This document shows, piece after piece, positions 25,757 through 36,400 of a stretch of DNA of 64,000 nt. Under the pieces are notes generated by a model. The model did not search any database. It was not told the DNA's origin and worked only from the letters and a program-made list of their open reading frames with translations. The DNA is from Paraspadella gotoi. Taxonomy: Eukaryota > Animalia > Chaetognatha. The position numbers and the translations under genes were made by a program. The stretch covers positions 14,090,414 through 14,154,413 of the forward strand of contig CM119263.1 in assembly GCA_051294375.1 (NCBI GenBank), read 5' to 3'. Numbering within the stretch: position 1 is the stretch's first letter; each line of letters begins with the position of its first letter.

Positions 25757-28700
25757 ATGAACGCAACGCCGAGAAACCAGTCGGCGATGGGCGAGAGCGT
25801 AAACCCGGAAGTGGTTCAAGAGTCGGAATTGGCGGGGAAAGATGGCGTCGAAGCGACCGTGAAAGGCACGGAAGAAGAAGATGATGATGAGAAGTCGTAT
25901 AGTTGGCACTCGATCGATGACGAAGAGGAAGACGGTGAGAACTGTTGAATAGTGATAGTTATCCGATTTCTTGAATACTAAAAAAGATTTGTTGGTGTTA
26001 GACGTCACTGACGAGGAGTTTAACGGCATTCTGACTCCTGTTATGGTCGCGCGCGGCCTGGAACACCTCGCGCGTACGGCTATCGGCGATGCATCTAGCT
26101 TCATTCACCTTAAGCTTCCATCGAAAGGATTAGTCGACATCGGCGTTCTCTTCAAGTACGACCAGCTCCAGCTGGTACATTTAGCTAACAATTCTATCGT
26201 CAGTCTGGAGCCCCTCTCTAACATGCCCCACTTATTGGATATCGACGTGTCCGGAAATTTGCTGGCAGAGGTTCTGGACTTTAAACCTCCCAAGAATCTC
26301 ATGGTCGCCAATTTTTCGCGCAATAAGATCAAGAGAATTCAAGATTTGTCTCAGCATCATTTTCTGCAGGCAAGTAAATTAGAAAAAGACGTATCTAGTT
26401 ATAGTTTTAATTAATGAGGTGAGAGTTTATTTTAAGTTTACAAACAAGGAATTGTATTTTTAAAAAAGGAAATGTTTCGGCTTTAATACAAGTTTGAGCA
26501 AACAATGCCGGATCTGCCCACGATCATTAGCGGAAAGCAGATGATCAGATAACTAATCAATAATTTAATTATTAGTCAATTGATTAATTAATCAATTATT
26601 ACAGTTTGCATTTGCATTTAATACAAAAATAAAAAGCATAATCAAATAGTGAAACAGTTTTTTCATATTTTCAATTTAAACTCATTTCAACTTGGACGAT
26701 TCCATCGAAACTTGATTTCCAGATCAATCGCACACTTTTTTACCCACACTCAAAATTTCAATTAAATCGCCTCATCCACTCATAAGTAATTGCCGTTCAT
26801 TGCTAAGGGGGGGCGGACGGATGGACAGATAGACAGACAGACGACGGACAAACAATTTTTTTTTGACATAATTTATCAGAATTTGATATTAAGACATGAT
26901 CTCAGTGAATGACCGACAAGATTGGGGGGACGGACCGACAAAGGTAATTATAGAGCCGGAATCTTCTGTAAGCAGATCCTGCTAAAAATTCGTTGGTTTT
27001 AAATACGTAGAATTTTCAAACTTGACGAAAAAGAAAAAAATATACAACGATAAAAAATTAAAAAAATAAGTCATATTGCGAACTATCCTTTTTCAGACGT
27101 TAATACTTGACGGTAATGAGATCCGCTTCATCGAGGGGCTTATGTCCTGTCGCCGTCTGGTGGAACTCAGTCTCGCCAACAACAAACTAACCACAATCGA
27201 AAATCTGGATCATCTGCCTATTCATCGCCTGAACCTAAGGGTAATAACTGTTGAGAGATAAAAAAAAACCGCGGTGATTTTCTGTTTTATTAACCCGTAC
27301 GTTTTCTTTTTCTATCACCGTCGCTTCTTGTTTTCTTCTTCTTAACTCTCAAAATATCCCCTCAATCCAGGGAAACCACATCGATGAAATTGAGAACCTT
27401 GAGACGCTGGTAGCGCTGCGCGAGATCGATCTCTCCCACAACCAAATCCGTTCGTTGGATGGGTTGCAAAATCACGATCTTCTCCAAACCATCAACCTGG
27501 AGCAGAACAATGTTGCCGATATGAACGAAATACACCATATCTCATCCTTACCTAATCTGAGGGTCCTCAATCTCCAGGACAACCCCGTGCAGCGACTCAT
27601 GGATTACAGGATGGAAGTCTTGTACCTTATACAAAGGTTGTATATGAAATCAGTACAACCAATATTTATTTATAAGTTAATTACGTCCATTTACATCTAA
27701 GATTTTATTTTTTTTTACACTGAGCGAACATTTTGTAAACAGATTGACGCATTTGGATAAGCAAAGGGCATCGACCCAGGAAAAGGTAGCAGCTTTCAAT
27801 TTGTTCAAACCTCCACCGGAGGTTATTGCCGCTCAGGACCACGCCAGGAACCTCATGTATCAGTTCATGCAACCGTCGAAGGTTGGTGAAATAAAAAAAA
27901 AACTGTGCTCCGTATCTTTTCCCTACTCTGCCCGTTATCTAGGTCCTGGAATCGACGCTGCCCAGCCTGGAAACGCCATTCCCCATGCTCGTCCTTGTCG
28001 GACCAAACGGTTCCGGTTCATTCCAGATGGCTCGACGCCTCGCCAAAGACTTTGGGGAGTATTTCCGGTACGCGCCGCCTCAATCTACTGCGCCACCGCA
28101 GATGTACGAAAACAATCTTGGCGACGACCATCTCGGCTACAGGAACGACGCTGAGTTCGATGCTGATGTTAAAGGAGGAAAGTTTTTAATGACGTGAGTT
28201 TAAGGAAAGGAAGAATAAGGAAACACTATAAGAAAAAATTTGAGGTGCGATAAAGATTACAAGGGAGTGGTCGTTTTATACAATTATGCCACTTCATTGA
28301 TTGGTAAGAGAGAATAAACGAGATTCTGAGAGAGTCTTTATGGAAAGCTTGCAGTGACCTGCTGTGTCATTATCTTGTAAGTCAGGGGCAAGATAGCTAA
28401 TTTTTTTAATGGATGGATAATTTTGTATTGGTTGTATCATTGATTATATAAGTAGATTAACCAATTAGCAAATCACTTGTTCACCTACTTTTACCATATT
28501 TTGCTCTATTGGCTTTTTTTAACAATTTTGTGAGGATTTTGACTTGATTTTATCGCCATTCCAATATTCCCTCGATTCTCCAATCCCCCAAGGTATTCGG
28601 TTCACAACAACCTTTTTGGCCTTCTCTCCTCGTCGCTGGAGGAATGTGCTGTAGAGGGTTTAGCATGTGTCACAGTTATGGAGCTGGAGGGTGTTCTCTC

Positions 28701-30081
28701 GCTTAAGAATTCGCACCATCGCCCGCGTTATGTCCTTCTACTCCCACTGGACCCGTTGGAGCACGCGAGGAGATTGCGCGAGCGAGGATGTATCACTCAG
28801 GAGCAGATCGAATTCGAGCAGGAGCGCGTCGGCTTATATGCGCGCTACAATCGAGAGCGGCCGGGATTTTTTGATCGCGTCCTAGACACAACGAATGTGA
28901 GGGAGGCTTACAAGGAGTTGGGAATCACGGTTATGGAGTATTTAGGTATCGGAAGTGCGCGAGAGGAAAGGGAGGAGTTGGAAGAGGATGAGATATTTAG
29001 AGAAGAGGTGGCAAAAGCGTCCAGAAAAAGTCGTGGCGTAAATCTCTTGGGTAAGTTTATTTTTTAGCTTATATCCATCTGCACGTTTTGTATAAGGGAT
29101 TTATGACGCACGGCTTCAAAATTTCACTAATTAAAGCTGTAGTCAATTGCACCGGTTTATCAAAATCCACAATTAAACCATTAATATATAAATTAAAAAA
29201 ATATAAATTGCACGTTATAAAACAATTACGCACGATTTTTTTACCGCACGGTTTTTTTATTTCACATATTTTACGAACACTCCAGAAAACAAAAAAGGGA
29301 AAACCAATTGTATACACAACACCGTCTTTGTTCATTTGTTTGGGATTCTTACCCGCCGCCGACGTTCCCGCAGGTAGCGCGCTCTCCGACCGTCCTGACG
29401 GAGAGTTCACAATGACGTCTTCCTACCGCGATGCGGCTGCCCTCTACACACCGCTAGACGGCGTCGAAGCTGCTTCTTTCTGGCGCCGAACGGCTTCTGC
29501 CAAAGAAGTTGTCGCTGGAAAACTTGGCTCACCCCACCAGCACCGCTTCAAGGTTCCGGCAACCGCACCGAGCAGACGAGGCGGAAGTGATGATTCATCT
29601 TCGATGTCCGGGGAAAGCGGGGGCAACACAGAACATTCCACCGCCCCAAGGTATTTCTCGACACAGGATAACAGTGTCGACGCCGGAGGGAAGAATCGAC
29701 TCGAAGCGATAACCGGAATTGAATTAGAAACGTCTAACGTCAATAGGTGAGGACTGTGGAACTTATGGAAAGTAACTGAGTAGCAATATGATCAATTAAT
29801 ACAATTATGCTATTTATTGAATCAGAGTTCAGTCTTCTTCGGTCTCTGCATTACCTCCAATAATGAAGAGCTGGGTGAGACAAGGCCCTGCAACCCCATC
29901 AGATACTCCGCGCTTAAATCTTCAGGGATCCTCACTTTCCCGGTCTATTCCGCCCGGGGAAACCAAGAATGAACGCGGCTCTTCCCGTTTCCGTCACAAA
30001 GCTGGCGCTTCAAACGTTTACAAGTCGGCCCCCACGGCTAGATTGGCGCCATCTTCTCTTCCGTCCATCGTTCGTCAATGA
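25757..30081 (+). CDS. LRGUK: Leucine-rich repeat and guanylate kinase domain-containing protein
   Basis: N-terminal LRRs (LQLVHLANNSI, LDFKPPKNL, LILDGNEI), EKVAAFNLFKPPPEVIAAQDH, then a GK-like domain (MLVLVGPNGSG; MELEGVLSLKNSHHRPRYVLLLP). Confidence 0.9.
26488..26985 (+). repeat. Dispersed ~500-700-bp repeat family B (copy in an LRGUK intron)
   Basis: The ends acaagtttgagcaaacaatg..gatct and ccgacaaag..aattatagag recur reverse-complemented at 34435-35170. Confidence 0.75.
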
Positions 30082-30367
30082 ATAAGTTTAATAATAAGTT
30101 TCAGTTTGAACTGTAGCCTATTTCGTCCCTTCTTGTCATTTTTTATTTTTTAAGCGATTGTTTTTCCTTACAAACATATGACTAGCCTTTTTCTTTCTTG
30201 TCAGACGTGAATAAAGCCATTGCCTTGCACTTGTGAACATGCAAAATCAGCGCTTAGCTCTTCTGATGAAGTTTAACGTTTATCATTAAACTTCTCTTCT
30301 GCAGCACCGGTTTCGCCAACTAACTTGATTTTATAAAACCTTTAGTGTTTGAATATTCTAAAAAAAT

Positions 30368-32198
30368 ATGACTGCCTTGGCCGACAAACGAACTCTGATG
30401 CTTGCAAAATCGATCGTAGCCGCCAAAGAATGGCCCGAAAGGCCTCCGAACGAAAGGAAGGTCAAACAAAGAGCCAAGGTATCGCAATGATAAACTTCGA
30501 TTGAAATTTTTTTCCACAAGGAACGGCAATTCCAAGGTGTTACGGCTATTACGACGAAATAATTTTCTCTTCATTTAATCGCTTTTCGATTTGATCTTGT
30601 GACTTGTGACTATTATTATACAAATATTAAAACTAAAACTAAACTAAAAGATATCCTTTGTAGTAAAAACCGCACACACCCAGACTCTCTATATATGTAA
30701 AATGTATTACTTTTTGCTTACAGATAATCTCACAAGAAGAATTGTTGACCACCCATCGGCATCAGGGACTGGCACACCGCAAAACGGCGTTAGAGCGCGA
30801 GCTTCGGACCCGAGGAAAATCGGCCACGACGCGAAAAGACGTCGTCGTAGAATATCCTTCCCCGAGGGTAGAAGAAGAAAGAGGTTGGGAGGGAAGGGAA
30901 GGGAAGAGGAAGAAAGAAAGAAAAGAAAAAAAGAAAGAAAGAAGAAAAGAAAGAAAGAAAGAAAGAAAGAAGAAAGAAAGAAAGAAAGAAAGACAGAAAG
31001 AAAGAAAGAAAAACAAAACAAAACAAAACAAAACAAAACAATCGATAACATGCCTAAATGATGTTAGCGAATCTCGTGGACCGATATCTGTCGGACGTTA
31101 ACAACGACGGAACTGCTACTGAACTGGGGCCGCCGGTAATGGTCATCTCCGAACGGCTTCTCGCCAAACCTGCATGGATTCTACGAACAGAAAAGTTTTG
31201 GTGGTGCGGTGGACCTCACAAGGTACATATGCTTTTTTTTTCTTCGTCGCTAGTTTTAAAAGTGAAACTGCCGTTCCTAAACGGAAAACACAGTGCGCTC
31301 CTCGCCGACGTGCACCTGCACAGCTTCGACCCACCGTTTATGGATTTCATTCTAAAAAGCACGTCTTTGGATCTGCGCCGACTATGTCCCGGGTCAACAT
31401 GTTTGAAAGGCCCTCAGGGACGCCACCATACAAGGTTCCTATAGTCTTGAAAATTTATTATTTATTCAAAATGCAACAATCACCATTCACCAGATTCAAT
31501 AGTGATTCCCGTTTCCACAGCTCGCCCCTCCACCATCGATCGGAACGAGCAGAAGGGACTTAAGTGTTCGTGGACCGGACAAGAACGTCAGTACCAGGTG
31601 AATTATCAGATTAAGCTTGGTTTTAAATTCCACCTAAATTTTTTAGCTTGTTTTAAACCAAATCTTTTATAATTATATTCTTATCCATCTATAGATACTC
31701 TTTATTCTTTAATCTTTATTAGGACCGTTCCTGAAAGCGTCTCAGTGCTTCGTCCGTGGCTAACCGTGAACTTACCTCACGAGGCCACGGGTGTTTCTTC
31801 CAAAGCTTGCCTAGTGTTCCTCCCGTGCCTCACCCATTCGTCCTTCTTCACTGTCGCTCACCCTTTTCAGGTCGACATCTAAAAGATTTATTGTTTGTTT
31901 CCGGGCGAATCCCGTGGTACATGACCATTTTTTCTCCTTCAGTCCCGCGAGACATTGGGATGGCCATTGACCATGACCAATGGCAATTTAATAGAATAAA
32001 AGTTAGCTCTTTTGTTGGAAAGCCCAGGAATAAAATATTATTTGGTTACAGGAACTTCCATTTATCCCGCCACCGCAAGAAGCGGAACAAGATTTGGATT
32101 TTAAAGCTGTTTTGACGCCAGAGATGGCATCGCCGATGCCTGCTGAAGCTGACATAATAACTGTAAGCGCGTCCACCGTTGGACTAACTTCCAGTTGA
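30368..32198 (+). CDS. Unrecognised ~308-aa basic, Pro-rich protein; 8 exons (30368-30478, 30724-30867, 31068-31135, 31254-31434, 31521-31597, 31723-31790, 31871-32001, 32052-32198)
   Basis: Seven GT-AG introns join in compatible phases into one open frame: MTALADKRTLMLAKSIVAAKEWPERPP...HEATGRHLKDLLFVSGRIPWY...ELPFIPPPQE...GLTSS*. AATAAA at ~32365. Confidence 0.62.
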
Positions 32199-32438
32199 TT
32201 TCTCGTTGATCTTTATTTATCGCTTCTTATCGTCTAATTCTGTTCGGTTTGACTCGACTCTCTTGAATCCTTCAGATCCATCTATCTTCGCCAGGCCGTT
32301 TACATATATTGAAATTTTAAGTATTTATTTTCATATAATCAGTTAATCCCCGTTTTACATCTGCAATAAATTTTAGAACCTCAAATTATTATAATTATTC
32401 GGGAACCTGTTTATTTCCTTTCTTTTAGTTATAGTTTT

Positions 32439-32602
32439 AGATAAGCATTCTTAGAAAACAAAGTAGAAGAGATTTGTTTTCATTGAACAACGGACATGTT
32501 TCGGTTTATTAGTTCAAACCTTCATCAGCGCGTTTGACAAGTTTTAAAAATTGTAAAAATGTTAGTGAGTGAGTAAGTGAGTGAGTGAGTGAGTGAGTGA
32601 GT

Positions 32603-32641
<39 letters not shown>

Positions 32642-32954
32642 TTAAACGTTCCCAACAAAGAATTGAGGGAAAGGACAGTGGTGAGAGGTGACGACGGGTT
32701 CAGTTCAGAATAGAGTAAAAAGACGTGAAATGTGAAGATTGAAGAAGTTTTTATGAAAACTTGAAAAATAAATGGTGGATAAAATTAATAACAATGTGAG
32801 AATAAATAATATTTAATTAAGATTTAAACTAATAAACCGAAACATGTCCGATTAAATAAACCAAACGTTGTTCGATGAAAACAAAACTCTTCCACTTAGA
32901 ATACTAATTTCGAAAACAACGAAATGAAAGGATGCTATCCAGATAAGCATTCTT
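32439..32954. mobile_element. Penelope-like remnant, same family as the 48.5 kb copy
   Basis: agataagcattctt direct repeat at both ends; inverted arms (ggacatgtttcggtttattagtt / aactaataaaccgaaacatgtcc); tail acaacgaaatgaaagga shared with the 48.7 kb copy; (GTGA)n(GA)n inside. Confidence 0.65.
32489..32534 (-). ncRNA. Minimal type I hammerhead ribozyme motif (PLE-type)
   Basis: Minus strand reads gcg-CTGATGA-a-ggttt-gaactaat-aaacc-GAAA-catGTC-cgt. Confidence 0.55.
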
Positions 32955-33437
32955 TAATTAGCTGCGAAGTCGAATGGTTTGCTAGCTGATCTGATCTTAT
33001 TTTAAAAAAAAGCTAGTTAATGCCGTATGTTTTTTTTTTTGGTTTTTTTTTTTTTTAGCAATAGACCATTTACCGCTATATTATTGCGCTATTAATTTTT
33101 TGGCTAAATCGTATTAAATTTTTCTTTAAATTGTGGAACTACTAGTTGTGCTAAATCATTTTAAAAATCAAGCAATGGCAATCATGGCAGTACCAAACCT
33201 AATTGTCATGGTTTACAACATAAAAAAAAATCATCAGACGATTACATGAATACTGAACCGGTACAATTTAGTTGTAATAAATAGATTTATGTCAGCAATG
33301 CTAAATTTATCTGCGAGATGCAAAATGCATAAAAATATTTTTAATTATTATAATATAAAAATTGTTAATTGCGGCAGTTAGGAAGCAGGGCATGGCAAAG
33401 AGAAACTAGAAAAATGTGTTTTAGTTTTGTCAATTCC

Positions 33438-36400
33438 TCATGATGCTGTAATATCGCCGTAATTTTTATTCCACTGCTCGTACTTATCGATCGTATCCGG
33501 CGGAACCGACTTGCGAATTTTCTTTAACGCCTCCTCGAAATCCCGGGTCGTGATTGGTCGAACGAGAGAAGGGTCTGCCTCTTTAACCTGGTATGAACAA
33601 CAAAAGGTGATTGACCAAAAGATAAAAGTTGTAATTAATAATAAATGAGGTATCTATATTCTATATATTCTATATGTACTAATGCGTGGTAAAAATTATA
33701 AATTTGACTTCAATTAAAATTTAAAAAGTGAGGAACGAACAACATTATACTAATGAACATTAATGTATAAAAAAATTTTCACTGATGGTATGTTGTTCAT
33801 AATTGACATTTAGAATTTTCGAACGTAACTTTCACTACTCTCTATTATGTACTTTATATTTTGGCATCTTGGAGATTAATACGTTCTAGAGGTTTATAGG
33901 AAAATGAAAAGCCAGGTTTTTTTTAATGAATTTAACGGAAAAAGAAGAGGAACAAAACGGAACGGAAGAGGCTAATTTCTCGAGAAAAAAAAATGAAAGG
34001 AATAATATTTGTTATTGTTGTTATCATATTTATGTTTGGGTAATGATTATGTGAGAGTTGAAAGTAAGTTAAGGTTATGGTAAATTAAAGGTTAAAATTA
34101 GGGGTAAGTTTGGGTTAAGGTTAAGTTAGGGTTAACGATTAGTTTAAGGAGACGACAATTTTTAAATGACATTAACAAAGATTTTATTTACAATGTAAAT
34201 CGGACATGTTTCGACTCTTGATTTTCGAGTCTTCATCAGCGAGTTTTGATTCACAAGCGATTTGTTTCACAAAAGATTAGTTTAAAAATAAGTCTCCGCT
34301 TAAGTATATAACAATTTAAATTGTTTGAAGCAAGAATATTTTATTGTTATTGTTGTCACGGTTTTAATTTTTCTGTTGTTTATTTATCTTCTTTCTCTTC
34401 ATTTTCCCATAAGCCTCACGAACGTTTGAAAATCCAGCAGATCCCGACTCTATAATTCACTTTGTCGGTCCGTCGGTCCGCCCCCTCAATATTGTTGGGC
34501 AACCACATATATCATGTCAGAATATCGAATTATGATAAATTATGCAAAAAAACGATATCCATCTGTCTGTCTGTCCGTCCGTCCCACCTTAGCAAAAAAG
34601 TCAAATTACTCGTGATTGGATGGATGGATTGGAATGAAATTTTGTGTGTGAGTAGGGAAGTGTGTGATTGAGCTGGATATGGATGGAATCGACTGAGTGG
34701 AAATTAGTTTAAATGGGAAAAAAAAATATATTTCACTATTTGAACGCCAATTACTCATGAGTGGATGGGGCGATTGACCTGAAATTTTGTATGTGGGTAG
34801 GAAAGTGTGTGATTAAGCTGGAAATTAAATTTTGATGGAATCGTTTGAGTGGAAATGAGTTTAAATAGAAAAAACCTGTTTAACTAATTGATTATGATTC
34901 TTTTTCTTTTTAAATTAAATGTAAATGCAAGATGTGTTAATTAATCAAATAATTAATCAGTTATTAATCAATTAATCAATAATTAATTAATCAGTCAATC
35001 AATCAAAACAAACATTTCCGATCTAATTAATTAATTAATTGCCTAATTAATTAATGAGTTAACTTCAATCAATTAATTATTAATAAAATAACTTGAATTA
35101 ATTATTAATTAATTAATTAATTACCGATAATGATCGTGGTTAGATCCGACATTGTTTGCTCAAACTTGTTTTTAGATTATTACAAAGTGATACGTAGTTT
35201 AAATTTAAAAGAAGTCAAGAGCATTCAGAATGTAGACTCAAGACTCATGATAGCCATGATAATCACCTGATCAGTATCCAGCTCTCTGATAGGACCCAGT
35301 GCGGCGTCTTTAGCCAAAGCAGTAAGATCCGACCCAGAATATCCTTCGGCCGAGTGAGCGATTTCCTTCCGAGGAACATTTAATTAGAAGGGGATTAGTT
35401 TTAGGGGACGGACGGCGTTTACGGGACGGGTGATAAATTGGACAGAACAAGGTCCATTCGAGTTGGCATTTAATTAATTTAACGTGAACGCTTCGTAAAC
35501 TATCATTTACGACTAATCGCTTATAACAAAAACTTATAACAAATAAGTGTCAAAGTTTGATTGAATTGTTTATTAAATTGCTTATTTCACACTATAATTT
35601 GAAACCTTTAGTTCGTTATAAGTCAGCGGATTCTGGTGTCGTGTCAACAGTTTCGCCAACAGAGCCATTCTCGTGGCGTCCGAGGGCATCCTCACATAAA
35701 CTCGCTTGGGGAATCGGCGGAGGGCCGCGTCGTCCAGCTCAAAAGGCCTAGAATAGGGGCGGATATGGGGAAAAATTCAAGAAATTGGTCAGTTTATATT
35801 TTAATATACGTAATACGTACGTAAAATAGGTAAAATATAAAAAAATCCATTTATTCAAGAAATTAGGTAACTTGCCCCGTTATGGTCGTTTCAGACTGCA
35901 TCCTTAATAAAATTAAAGATAGCATGACCCTTCAAGCTTTCAAGCAAGACTCTCTTTCAGTCGAATAGTTTATTAATTCCCAGCGTACCTGTCTTCATTA
36001 TCAATCAAATTTCATCTATAATAGTTAATTAGTTATAGTATTTCTAAAATAAGTCATGAACGATTCATGAAACCATAAACTTTGACGAAAAATAAAATTT
36101 TGTCTTATTTCTACTATGAAAATATAGAAATGATGTCGTGGATTTCCTTCACGTTATCCTATTAATTTTATTTTTATTTGTTTGGTTTATTTTGTTGCTT
36201 ATGGATGCTACTGTATCATCCTTGATATAAATTAAAATTCTCATTATGTTTTAAAGCGTAAAATTAAGATAATTAAACGTCTAAATCACAGCTTAGGCGC
36301 TTAAGCGCTTCCCGTGGGCTTAGCACCTGTTTGTTGCTGCCATGACGAGCACCCTGTCTTCGTAGGATGAAGAGACACCGTCAAACTGAAGGAAAAACTC

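Noticed and set aside
30521-31444. Alternative reading of the orphan gene (NLVDRYLSDV...FWWCGGPHK frame)
   Set aside because: Needs a 42-nt intron and a micro-exon and does not join the downstream exons as cleanly as the chosen model; not fully excluded.
34060-34145. TTAGGG-like degenerate repeats
   Set aside because: Too short and degenerate to call an interstitial telomere; probably part of a repeat element.
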